Shown one piece after another: positions 9,989 to 19,164 of a stretch of 64,000 nucleotides of DNA. The notes below the pieces were generated by a model. The model searched no databases. It saw only the letters and a program-made list of their open reading frames with translations, and was not told the origin of the DNA. The DNA lies in assembly GCA_965223545.1 (NCBI GenBank), contig OZ245006.1, forward strand, positions 2,848,001 through 2,912,000. Direction: 5' to 3'. Within the stretch, counting starts at the first letter, position 1; every line of letters starts with the position of its first letter. The position numbers and the translations under genes are program-made. Source of the stretch: Planctomycetota bacterium. Lineage in GTDB: Bacteria > Planctomycetota > UBA1135 > UBA2386.

Positions 9989-11098
9989 ATGCTGCACCGT
10001 CTCTCCCTTGCCGTTGGCGTCGCCGCTCTCGTGGCCGCGCCCCTCGCCGCCCAGAACCGCATCATCCTCCCCGTGGGCTACGCCAACACCGAGGCGCTGT
10101 CGAGCCATTCGTATCCGTTTGGCCGCGGCGGCAACCTGGGCTCCTTCGGCTGCCGGGTGCAGATGGCGTACGACACGGTCTACTTCACCGCGCAGGGCTT
10201 CAGCGCGAACCGACCGATCCAGCGCCTGCGCTGGCGCGCCGACGGCCTCAGCAATCCCAGCAGCTCGGGTGGGCGCTACGACGACGTCATCATCGAGATG
10301 TCCACCGCGGCGGTCGACCACCGGCGCCTGTCGAAGACCTTCGACCAGAACCACGGCGCGGATCGCACCACGGTCTACCGCGGGCCGATCACCCTGCTGC
10401 CCACCGGCACGCAGAGCCCCAACGTTTTCTACATCGACGTCACTCTGGACACGCCGTTCCCCTACGACCCGAGCACCGGCGGAGATTTGCTGATCGACGT
10501 CGGCGTCACCGACACGTGGACCGGCGGGACCGCGGCCCGTACCGACGCCGAGTCCGGTGGCAGCTTCGGCCGCAGCGTGGAGGCTTCGATGGTGATGCAC
10601 CGCTTCCACTACCGCGCCGTCACCGGCGAAGCGGTCCTCAACGACGTCGCCCACGTCGTCACCATCGACTTCGGCGGCGGCGGGCAGGCGACGGTCGGGC
10701 CGTATGGCCAGGGCTGCGGCCCGGCCGGAGCCGTCGCGGTGGACCTCACCTCGATCACCCGGCCGGTGACCGGCACCCGCTTCGACGTGGCCGCGCAGAA
10801 CCTGCCGGCGGGAACCGCCGGCGGCGCGTTCTTCCTGAGCCCGACGCAGGTGGTGCCGGGCCTCGACTTGAGCGCGCTGGGAGCTCCCGGCTGCGTCGCG
10901 TTGGTCGGCCTGGGTGGGGCCGCACAGTTGCCTCTGCAACCCTTGGGGCAGCTCGCGACCGCGAGCTTTCCGGTTCCGGCACTGCCGGCACTGGCAGGGG
11001 TCCGCGTCTTCGTGCAGGCGGCGGCGTTCGTGCCGGGCGTGAACCCGCTCGGAGTGCTGACGAGCAACGGGTTGGACGCGCAGATCGGCACGCTGTAG
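9989..11098 (+). CDS. Secreted hypothetical protein with shared C-terminal domain
   Basis: Signal peptide ending LAAQ; C-terminal YGQGC...PVPALPALAG...VQA...TSNGL. Confidence 0.8.
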   Translation: MLHRLSLAVGVAALVAAPLAAQNRIILPVGYANTEALSSHSYPFGRGGNLGSFGCRVQMAYDTVYFTAQGFSANRPIQRLRWRADGLSNPSSSGGRYDDVIIEMSTAAVDHRRLSKTFDQNHGADRTTVYRGPITLLPTGTQSPNVFYIDVTLDTPFPYDPSTGGDLLIDVGVTDTWTGGTAARTDAESGGSFGRSVEASMVMHRFHYRAVTGEAVLNDVAHVVTIDFGGGGQATVGPYGQGCGPAGAVAVDLTSITRPVTGTRFDVAAQNLPAGTAGGAFFLSPTQVVPGLDLSALGAPGCVALVGLGGAAQLPLQPLGQLATASFPVPALPALAGVRVFVQAAAFVPGVNPLGVLTSNGLDAQIGTL

Positions 11099-11120
11099 GC
11101 GAGGCCACTATGATGGCGCA

Positions 11121-12260
11121 ATGCGCCATCGCCCGACCGCCGCCCTCGGCACCATCCTGCTCGCGTGCTGCCCAGCCGCCCAAACCACGTGGGTCGTCGC
11201 GCCGACCACCGGCGCCGGCGTGCACTTCACATCGATCCAGGCCGCGATCGACGCCGCCGCACACGGCGACACCGTCATTGTCCGAGCGGGCAGCTACAAC
11301 GAGGCGCCAAGCATCGGCAAGGGCATCACGTTGGTCGGCGACGCAGGTGCCACGATCACCTCGTTGTCCCCCATCAACCTCGACGTCGCCGGCGTACCGG
11401 CCGGCACGTCGCTCACGGTGCGCGGCCTCGGCTTCGGCCAAATCAGCCGCATCGCCATCCGCGAGTGCCGCGGGCAAGTTCACCTGGAGCAGATCGCGCA
11501 ACCGGTGACCACGGTGTCCAACGCGTTCTCGATCACCGACTGCGCTCAGGTCACGCTGACGCGATTGAGCGCCATCGGCTTCCCGGCGGTCACGGTCGCC
11601 GACAGCCACGTGGTCCTGACCGACTGCACCGTCGCCGCTGCCGGTTTCTTGACGACCTCGGTTGCGATGCTCGTCGACGGTGGCGAGACCACGGTCGTCG
11701 ACGGCACCTACCGCGGGGGATCCTCAGCTCTGGCGCCCGGCTCTCCCGCCATCGAGCTGCGGCAGGGCGGCCTGGTGCTCGCGGGGTCGAGCACTCTCGT
11801 GCAAGCGGGCGACGACCCTACCGGCGGTGCGGTCTCGGCGATCGGAACACTCGGGGGCAACGTCTCCGTCGACCCAGCGGTGATGCTGCGCACGACGAGC
11901 GGCGCACCGGGGATCGCCGGTGCCGCCTCGGTCGTCGTGCAGCCCGTGCCGTCGGTGGTGGCCGACGATCTACCATCGGGCGGCGACTGGCAGCTCACCC
12001 TGCACGCACCGGCGGGCAGCGCGTTCTGCTTGTTCGCGAGCCTGCCACAGCCTCGCCTCACGTCGCCGTGGGGTGAGGTGTGGTTCTCGCCAGCCACCCA
12101 CTTGGTCATCGCGTGCGGTCTGGTCGGACCCGGCGACGTCTTTGCCGCGAGCGTCCCGGTGCCGCCCCTGCCGCGCGGACTCGCTCTCGTGGCCCAAGCC
12201 GGCGTGGCGACTTCGGGCGCCATCGTCACCAGTGTCCCGGTGGTCACCGCAACCCCTTGA
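11121..12260 (+). CDS. Secreted parallel beta-helix-like protein with shared C-terminal domain variant
   Basis: Signal ending AAQ; FTSIQAAIDAAAHGDTVIVRAGSY, the usual N-terminal cap of pectin-lyase-like folds. Confidence 0.75.
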   Translation: MRHRPTAALGTILLACCPAAQTTWVVAPTTGAGVHFTSIQAAIDAAAHGDTVIVRAGSYNEAPSIGKGITLVGDAGATITSLSPINLDVAGVPAGTSLTVRGLGFGQISRIAIRECRGQVHLEQIAQPVTTVSNAFSITDCAQVTLTRLSAIGFPAVTVADSHVVLTDCTVAAAGFLTTSVAMLVDGGETTVVDGTYRGGSSALAPGSPAIELRQGGLVLAGSSTLVQAGDDPTGGAVSAIGTLGGNVSVDPAVMLRTTSGAPGIAGAASVVVQPVPSVVADDLPSGGDWQLTLHAPAGSAFCLFASLPQPRLTSPWGEVWFSPATHLVIACGLVGPGDVFAASVPVPPLPRGLALVAQAGVATSGAIVTSVPVVTATP

Positions 12261-12495
12261 GCCTCCGGCACCTCGAATCGTCGAGCGGCGACAACATTCT
12301 CGAGGCAACGTCGCCGCCTTGGCAGCGACGCTGCCGCGCCGGAGGCTCGGAGAGACAGTGCCTCCTGGCTCAGCGCGGCGGCGGATGTGTCGGACCTTCC
12401 ATCTGCTCTGGGAAGAGCGGCATCCGAGTTTGATATCTCCTAAGTCATGTCAAGGGGTTTTCGCTGGGGCTCGACATCGCGTGTGCACGGCTTGT

Positions 12496-13998
12496 TCAGG
12501 ACTCTTCCACAAGACCAGGGAAGTGTTCTTGCATGAGATCACCGATCGGGTGAGGTTGACGTGGGGATTCCACGGCCAGGCCTGTGGCGTCCATTGGGCG
12601 GCCACTCAAGTCCCTCGTCGTCGGAGTCCCCACTCGTCCCTGTCGCCGTTGGTCGCGCTCATGCCGCTGTGGCGCGACGATGCTGCGCGTGAACTTGGCT
12701 GCGATGAGCGCGCGCGCGGCAACCTTCGTGAGCTCGTTGCCGTCGGCGTCTCGCAGGACGTAGCGGACTTGCGTCGACGCCGGCTTGTCATCGGCGCGCT
12801 GGCTGTCGCGACGCTTCAGGAGGGCGTAGACGCGGCGCGCCATCTTGCCAGCCAATGCGATGAGGATGAGGTTGTGGTGATCACCTGCGGCGTAGCGGCG
12901 AGCGTAGTACGCCGCGAAATCCGGATCCCACTGGCGAGCGACGTCAGCTGCTAGGTAGAGGTACTTCTTGAGTACTCGTTGGCCGGTTTTGGTGATTGGC
13001 ATCGAGGGGTCGCTCATGCCCGTCTGCTTCCGGCGTGGACACAGTCCGCAGTAGCTCACGAACTTCTTGCCGTTCGAGAACCGCGCGATGTCGCCTACCA
13101 AGGCTTCGATGGCCGCAGCGATCGTGGGACCGACGCCGCGCAGTTGCTCGAGTGTTCGGTCAGGATCGACGCCCAGGTAGAGCTTCTTGATCTTTGCGTC
13201 GAGCTTGCGAACGTCCGTGTTCTTGCGCTCGATCTCATCCAGCTCGTACACCACATCCTCTTGGATGGCCTCGTAGTCGAACGGCATCTGCCCCGCAGCT
13301 CGCAGCTCAGCGTAGTACTCGGCGGCCTGTCGGCAGGACTCGAGCACGCGGTCGACCAAGCACGGGTCATGCGTTCCCTTGGATCGCTTCGTCAAGAAGC
13401 GCTCCAAGCGACTCTTCCCAAGGCCGACCGCTTTCACCGGATCGACGTAGCGCCGCAGAAACCCCATCTTAGCGGCACTGAACTTCTCTGCCCCCAAGGC
13501 CTTCATGAGGCTGGGATTCGCCAGTACCAGTATCGCGTGCACACGACGCTTGTGGTCGCTGAGCTCGCGCGCCAACCGCTCACGCCGCTTCACGAGTCGA
13601 CGGATCGTCGTCTCGTCGGCAGTTGGAACACGCAGCTGGTGGACGCCCTTTGGATCCATCTGCGGCAGACGCGCAGCGGCCTCGGCGTCTACTACGTCGG
13701 TTTTGGTGTGCTTGCTATAGAACTTCCGCAGGTCGCTCAGCTTCTGTGGTTTGCTCACGTAGATCTGGAACCCTGCGGCGTTCACGTGCGCCGCGATGGG
13801 CAGCCACGCCAACCCCGTTGGTTCCATCACGAAGCTCACCGGACCCTCGGCACCTTCCTGTGCACGGCGCAGCAGAAGGTCAATACCCTCACGGCTGTTC
13901 TCGACTGAAAACGGTCTGCCCCGAGACTTCGCACCATCCAGAACGACGGCTCGGTGCTTGCTCCTCAAGCCGAGATCCAATCCAACGAATCGATTCAT
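12496..13998 (-). CDS. IS110-family DEDD transposase/recombinase
   Basis: VGLDLG, VMEPTG, KTDVVDAEA (DEDD); GVGP...A...GDIARF...SYCGLCP...TG...ITKTG second domain. Confidence 0.93.
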   Translation of the reverse strand: MNRFVGLDLGLRSKHRAVVLDGAKSRGRPFSVENSREGIDLLLRRAQEGAEGPVSFVMEPTGLAWLPIAAHVNAAGFQIYVSKPQKLSDLRKFYSKHTKTDVVDAEAAARLPQMDPKGVHQLRVPTADETTIRRLVKRRERLARELSDHKRRVHAILVLANPSLMKALGAEKFSAAKMGFLRRYVDPVKAVGLGKSRLERFLTKRSKGTHDPCLVDRVLESCRQAAEYYAELRAAGQMPFDYEAIQEDVVYELDEIERKNTDVRKLDAKIKKLYLGVDPDRTLEQLRGVGPTIAAAIEALVGDIARFSNGKKFVSYCGLCPRRKQTGMSDPSMPITKTGQRVLKKYLYLAADVARQWDPDFAAYYARRYAAGDHHNLILIALAGKMARRVYALLKRRDSQRADDKPASTQVRYVLRDADGNELTKVAARALIAAKFTRSIVAPQRHERDQRRQGRVGTPTTRDLSGRPMDATGLAVESPRQPHPIGDLMQEHFPGLVEES

Positions 13999-14029
13999 GT
14001 CCCCTCCATGTTCAACGAGTGAGTGTCGA

Positions 14030-14345
14030 CGAGAGGACTCTCCCTACCCGCGCAGTCCGCCTGAGGAGGCGAGTCGCCAAAACGGTTCGTGTTTCGGGGC
14101 CGTGATTTCTCACGCCGCCAATCTCCTAAATCGGGTCCCCCACGCGGGAGGAGAGTCGCAGAACCAAATGAGGGGCCGCTCGAAGCGCCACCATTGCGGC
14201 AGATCGCGAAACCTCTCCGTCGCACGCCGGGGGACCCTAAGCTCTCTTGCGGCCGATGACCAGACTCCCGACACGACTCCTGCGGCTGCACCATCGCGCG
14301 AGTCTTCCACACCGCTACGGCGCGACGGGTGTGGAGAACTCTAGC
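14030..14345 (-). ncRNA. Putative IS110 bridge RNA (limits approximate)
   Basis: Structured non-coding left end with a 5' hairpin and two large loops carrying target-matching (GCCGCAAT, TTTGGT) and donor-matching (TTAGGAGA, ACCGT) segments. Confidence 0.6.
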
Positions 14346-14449
14346 TTCGCAGATCATGGAACCACACATACCGTTGCGGCCGTGGCCGTGCTGAGTCGCT
14401 GGTGATCCGGGGGGGTTACCCTCCCGACGATCAACAGTAGTAGCTCCCC

Positions 14450-15490
14450 GTGACGCTCGGGGAGCATCGGCAGGCGAGCGGAATCGCGATGGTCGCCGCG
14501 GGTGCGGTCGCATGTTTGGCGTGGCTCTGTCTCGACAGGTCCGAGTCACCGCGCCGAATCGAGACGGCGAACCCTTCGGTCCAGCCAGCGGCGACAAGAA
14601 CGCCGCAACGAAGCGCCCGAAGAGAACTGCGCGCCGTGGAGGCCCGGAGTTCGCGGCGCCCGACGCCGCTCAGCGTACAGCACCCCGACGTACCCGAATG
14701 CGTCGAAGTGGAGATCCGCAATCAAATCGGACGCCGCGTCGACAACGCCGAACTCATGTTCTGGGGGACCAAGCCCAAGATCGTCGCGCACAGCGGACCG
14801 GACGCCATCATCCGCGTCGAGATTCCCAAAGGGGCGCCCACCGACGGACTCGTCACGGTGGACGCACCAGGCTATGTCCCGGCGCGCGTGAACTCGGAGC
14901 GCATCGCCGGGTGGGGACTCCATCAGCGCGCGACGATCACCGTGCATCGCGGGCCACCGCTCGGGCTGCGCGCCCTGGATCACGCCGGCCGACCTTCGAG
15001 TGGCGTCCTGGTGCTGGCAAGCATGATCGACGCACCCCCCGAGTCGCTGCGCGTTTGGGCATATCCCCACGCAACGACCGACGAAGATGGGTGGGCGGAC
15101 TTCGGCAGGCTGCTAAGGGGCACTTGGAAGTTCGAAGTGCGGGCTCATCGGCGATCGACGTCCGTCACGAGGACGATCGAGCTCGGTGGCGACGCCCCGG
15201 TCGTTCTCATCGTCGAGCGTCCCGAGATTGGCCTACACCGGTATGCGTCAGGCCATGTAGTGCCTCGTATTCTCGACGACCACGCTCCCACACTCCTGCA
15301 AGTCGAGGTGAAGGGCGGCATGACGCACCCCGTTCATGCCGACGGACAATTCTTCCTGTGGTCGGTCTTCGAGAAGCCTGAAGGCGTGAGGCTGCGAACG
15401 CATGCCGCCAAGATCGCGCGCGAGGCATCCAGAGTCGGCGAGTGGGTGACCGTGCGGCCGGGGCACCACAGCGTGTCGCTGGCGTGGTGA
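14450..15490 (+). CDS. Membrane-anchored protein with carboxypeptidase-regulatory-like (prealbumin-fold) repeats
   Basis: N-terminal hydrophobic segment; V.APGY, LDHAGRP..GV.V and TTDEDG.A.F..L..G.W motifs; start uncertain. Confidence 0.6.
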   Translation: MTLGEHRQASGIAMVAAGAVACLAWLCLDRSESPRRIETANPSVQPAATRTPQRSARRELRAVEARSSRRPTPLSVQHPDVPECVEVEIRNQIGRRVDNAELMFWGTKPKIVAHSGPDAIIRVEIPKGAPTDGLVTVDAPGYVPARVNSERIAGWGLHQRATITVHRGPPLGLRALDHAGRPSSGVLVLASMIDAPPESLRVWAYPHATTDEDGWADFGRLLRGTWKFEVRAHRRSTSVTRTIELGGDAPVVLIVERPEIGLHRYASGHVVPRILDDHAPTLLQVEVKGGMTHPVHADGQFFLWSVFEKPEGVRLRTHAAKIAREASRVGEWVTVRPGHHSVSLAW

Positions 15491-15579
15491 GCGGCGTTGG
15501 CTCGACTCGACCCGGCGATTCGCGGTGCCGATACAATCCGGTGACGCAGGAACCCCGGGGAATCGACTCCAATCCCCCC

Positions 15580-16719
15580 ATGCTTCGCACTCTTCTCCAC
15601 GCGCGCGGCTTCCGCCTCTGCTTGGCGATCGCCATCGCGATCTCGTCCGCACCGGCCTCGACCGCCGCGCAAGAAGCCGATCCCGCCGACGCCTGGCGCA
15701 CCCGTCTCCTCGAGATCGCCGAGACCTACACCCAGTGGGAACGCGTCGACGACGAAGCGCCGCGTTGGGCGCCGGCCAACTGCCGCTTGCCGTCGCGAGG
15801 CACCGGCCGGTTCAGCGAGGCGGAAGCCCTCACGGCACACGGCCGCAAGCTCTACTACCTGTACGCGCTGCACGCGGCGGCCTACCGAGAGACGCGCCCC
15901 GACATGGGTCTGCCGGGGCAAGTGCTCGTCAAGGAGGCGTGGCAGCCAGAGGAAGTCGAGCGCGACCGTCCACCGCACGACTTCGAAGTCGACGAGCGCT
16001 CCGACCGGCCGTTCGCGCACCGCGGCGGCAAGGTCTATCGCGCCGGCGCCCCCGCCGGTCTGTTCGTCATGTTTCGCGAGCCGGCCGACGTGCCGGGCAC
16101 CGACGACGGCTGGGTCTACGGCACACTCGACCAGGGCGGGCGCGTCACCGCCGCCGGCCGGCTGCAGAGCTGCGTGGATTGCCATCGCTTCGCGCCGCAC
16201 GGGCGCCTGTTCGGCGTCGAGCTCGAGCCGACGCCGATGCTCGAGTTCTACCCGCCGCCCGCGGGCACGGCAGAGCGATGGGAGGACATTCAGAACCGCA
16301 TCGCCAAGAGGTTCGCGGAGGTGCCGCAGCTGTCGCTCGAGCACTACCGGCGGCGCGCGGCCGACTCCCCACCACCGGAGCTCATCGACGTGCGGGCGCG
16401 CGAGGAGTTCGAGGTGGCGTGGATCCCCGGCGCACGGCACGTCGCGCATGGACCCGACTTCGTCGACGCGTTCGACGGCGTGCCGCGCGACCGCGAGATC
16501 GTCCTGTACTGCTCGGTCGGCTGGCGCTCCTCGGCCGCGGCGCAGGAGCTGCGCGCGGCGGGGTTCACCGACGTCTCCAATCTCGACGGATCGATCTTCG
16601 CGTGGGCCAACGCGGGCCGGCCGCTGCGCAACGCGCAGGGCTACACCTACCGCGTCCACGGCTACGACGCAGAGTGGAGCCAGCTGCTGCGGCCCGAACG
16701 GCGCGCGCCGCTGCCGTGA
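15580..16719 (+). CDS. Secreted cytochrome P460-like (c-type heme) / rhodanese fusion protein
   Basis: Signal peptide; GQVLVKE..GLFVM..GWVYG..CVDCH, then LIDVR..EF..IPGA..IVLYCSVGWRS..GF..V.NLDGSIFAW. Confidence 0.75.
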   Translation: MLRTLLHARGFRLCLAIAIAISSAPASTAAQEADPADAWRTRLLEIAETYTQWERVDDEAPRWAPANCRLPSRGTGRFSEAEALTAHGRKLYYLYALHAAAYRETRPDMGLPGQVLVKEAWQPEEVERDRPPHDFEVDERSDRPFAHRGGKVYRAGAPAGLFVMFREPADVPGTDDGWVYGTLDQGGRVTAAGRLQSCVDCHRFAPHGRLFGVELEPTPMLEFYPPPAGTAERWEDIQNRIAKRFAEVPQLSLEHYRRRAADSPPPELIDVRAREEFEVAWIPGARHVAHGPDFVDAFDGVPRDREIVLYCSVGWRSSAAAQELRAAGFTDVSNLDGSIFAWANAGRPLRNAQGYTYRVHGYDAEWSQLLRPERRAPLP

Positions 16720-16841
16720 TCGCGGGTCGCGGCGCACGGAGCTTTGCCCCATTTCGAAACCGTGCACCGTCGCTACGGCTACGGCGGCCACCGAGGCCCC
16801 CCCTTTTGCCTTACCCTGGCCCGCACCCGAGGAAACCGCTC

Positions 16842-17303
16842 ATGAAATTCACCCTCTCCGTCGCGCTCGCCGCAGCGCTGTTCTGCACCGCACCGCTCGC
16901 CGCCCAGGGCTCCCAAGCCGCGATCGGCGGCGGCTGTCCCAACCGCTCGACGCCAACCGTGTCCGGCAGCCTCACGATCGGCACGACGGCGCGCGTCGAT
17001 GACATCGGCTGCTTCGCCGGTCAGTCCGGCTTCGGCGTGCTGTTCTTCGGCTCGCGGTTGCCGGCGAGCCAGTGGGTGACGGTCACGCTCTCCGCGTCGA
17101 TCACCGGCGCCCAGCCGTGTGACGTCGTCCTGCTTCCCGCAATCGGTGTACCGGTGGGCGCCAGCGGCGCGCTGGCCGTGCCGATCCCCAACAACCCGGC
17201 CCTGCAGGGGGCCCAGGTCAGCCTGCAGGCGTTCTGCAACGAGTGCGGGTTTGCCGGCTGCTTCGACGTCCTGACCCAGGGACTCGAGATCACCATCGGC
17301 TGA
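16842..17303 (+). CDS. Small secreted protein consisting only of the shared C-terminal domain
   Basis: GAGGA RBS; MKFTLSVALAAALFCTAPLAAQ signal, then IGGGC...PIPNNPALQG...LQA...TQGLEITIG. Confidence 0.8.
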   Translation: MKFTLSVALAAALFCTAPLAAQGSQAAIGGGCPNRSTPTVSGSLTIGTTARVDDIGCFAGQSGFGVLFFGSRLPASQWVTVTLSASITGAQPCDVVLLPAIGVPVGASGALAVPIPNNPALQGAQVSLQAFCNECGFAGCFDVLTQGLEITIG

Positions 17304-17433
17304 TCTTGCGCTGGTGCCGGCGCGATCGACCAGCCGGCACGCGGGCAGGCAGAACAGCTATGCTGGATCTGCCAAGCGTCGCGCGAGACCCAGCGCCGCG
17401 GCCGCGACGGCTCTTCACGACCGAGGAAGGACC

Positions 17434-19041
17434 ATGCCCGCACCCCGAATCTCCGTCCCGATCATCTCGAGCCTACTGCTCTGCAGCGCGGTCGCGGCCC
17501 AGGGAGCCTCCCCGCCCCTCCTCCTGTTCGGGCCGATGACGACGACCGATGCGCACCTGGTCGACCGCAACGGCAACACGGTGCACACGTGGGTCACGCC
17601 CCACCCACCCGGCGTGAGCGTCTACCTCGACCAGGACGGGACGCTGTTGCGCACGATCGCCACCGGTGTCCCTCCCGGCGCCGGCGGCGGTTCCGGCGGC
17701 GGCCTGCAGCGATTGGCGCTCGACGGCACCGTGCTCTGGGACTTCCGCTACGACACCGGCGGAGTCTGGGCACACCACGACATCGAGCCACTGCCCAACG
17801 GCAACGTGCTGATGATCGCGTGGGAGGACAAGACCCCGGCCGAGGCAATCGCAGCCGGGCGCGATCCGGCGAGTCTGTCGACGGTCCCGTTCCGCCCCGA
17901 CCACATCATCGAAGTGCAGCAGACCGGCTTGACCACCGGCACCATCGTCTGGCAGTGGCACGTTTGGGACCACCTGATCCAAGACTTCGATCCGACGAAG
18001 GCGAACTTCGGCGTGGTCGCCGACCACCCGGAGCTCGTCGACATCAACTACCCGCCGGGCGGAAACTCGGGCGACTGGAACCACTGCAACGGCATCGACT
18101 ACGACCCGGTGAACGACTGGATCGTGCTGAGTAGCCGCTTCCAGGAGGAGATCTGGATCATCGACCACTCGACGACCACGGCCGAGGCGGCGGGCCACAC
18201 CGGCGGCAACTACGGCATGGGCGGCGACCTGATCTACCGCTGGGGCAATCCACAGGTGTACCAGCGAGGCACGGCGGCCAACCAGCAGACCTTCGGCCAA
18301 CACTCGTCCAACTTCATCCCACAGGGCTACCCCGGCGCTGGCAACATTCTCTTGTTCAACAACCTGCGCCCGGGCGGCTCGTCGGCGGACGAGCTGGTCC
18401 TGCCGCTGGATGCCAGCGGCAGATTCGTGATCGCGCCCGGCCAACCCTTCGGGCCGTCGACCGCAACGGTGATCCACCAGCTCGGCTACACCAGCCAGAT
18501 CGTGTCCAGCGCCCGCAGGGCGAAGAACGGCAACACCCTGATCTGCGCCGGCCAGCAGGGCAATCTGCTGGAAGTGGACCCGAATGGACGGAGGGTGTTC
18601 GCGCTCAACTACGGCCAGCCCATCTTCCACGCGCACTACGTCGAGCGCATGGCGTGGAGCGATCGCGCGTCGGTGTCGGCCAACGCCGGCGGCAGTGTGA
18701 ACTTCGATCTGATCGCCGGCACCGGGCACGCGGCGCGGCTCTACCTGATGCTGGGCTCCGCGTCCGGCACACAGCCCGGGTTCTCGATCCACGGCCAACC
18801 CGTTCCCCTCGTGCCGGACTCGTACCTGCTCGCCAGCGCCACCTACGCCAACAGCGGAGCGTTCGGCGGAACGCTCGGCACGCTCGACGGCTTCGGCCGC
18901 GCCCGCTCGACGCTCACCGTGCCAAGCGGCCTGCCAGCGCTGGTCGGGCTGCACCTCGACCACGCCTTCTTGATCGTCGAACCGACGACCATCCGTGTGC
19001 TGCAGGCGACCAATGCGGTGCCCCTCGACCTGACCCAGTAG
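17434..19041 (+). CDS. Aryl-sulfate sulfotransferase (ASST)-like secreted protein
   Basis: HHDIEPLPNGNVLMIAWE, DWNHCNGIDY, LIYRWGNPQ and GQH motifs. Confidence 0.85.
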   Translation: MPAPRISVPIISSLLLCSAVAAQGASPPLLLFGPMTTTDAHLVDRNGNTVHTWVTPHPPGVSVYLDQDGTLLRTIATGVPPGAGGGSGGGLQRLALDGTVLWDFRYDTGGVWAHHDIEPLPNGNVLMIAWEDKTPAEAIAAGRDPASLSTVPFRPDHIIEVQQTGLTTGTIVWQWHVWDHLIQDFDPTKANFGVVADHPELVDINYPPGGNSGDWNHCNGIDYDPVNDWIVLSSRFQEEIWIIDHSTTTAEAAGHTGGNYGMGGDLIYRWGNPQVYQRGTAANQQTFGQHSSNFIPQGYPGAGNILLFNNLRPGGSSADELVLPLDASGRFVIAPGQPFGPSTATVIHQLGYTSQIVSSARRAKNGNTLICAGQQGNLLEVDPNGRRVFALNYGQPIFHAHYVERMAWSDRASVSANAGGSVNFDLIAGTGHAARLYLMLGSASGTQPGFSIHGQPVPLVPDSYLLASATYANSGAFGGTLGTLDGFGRARSTLTVPSGLPALVGLHLDHAFLIVEPTTIRVLQATNAVPLDLTQ

Positions 19042-19164
19042 GAATCGGTGGTCAGCGCGCTCGATCCGATCACGCGAAACACCGCACGACGAGCTGCTCG
19101 ACGTGCGGCGCTCGGGCGCGGGCGCCGCAGCACAGCCTGACGGCGTGCCCGCCCGCGACCACCG

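Larger units (their letters stand above)
12436..14373 (-). mobile_element. IS110-family element (copy 1)
   Basis: Ends inferred from internal guide-like matches to both junctions; TTGACA in the right end at 12448-12453 (minus strand); no terminal IRs, as expected for IS110. Confidence 0.7.

Noticed and set aside
8097..10493. Long antisense or alternate-frame ORFs (e.g. 8097-10493 +, 20297-23242 +, 29018-31678 +, 38428-40644 -)
   Set aside because: Shadow ORFs expected in high-GC DNA; Arg/Pro/Ala-rich with no motifs, and they overlap well-supported genes
12436..12453. Complete junction promoter formed on IS110 circularisation
   Set aside because: TTGACA is clear, but the best -10 after joining (TATGTG) is weak and only 15 nt away, so I do not call a promoter
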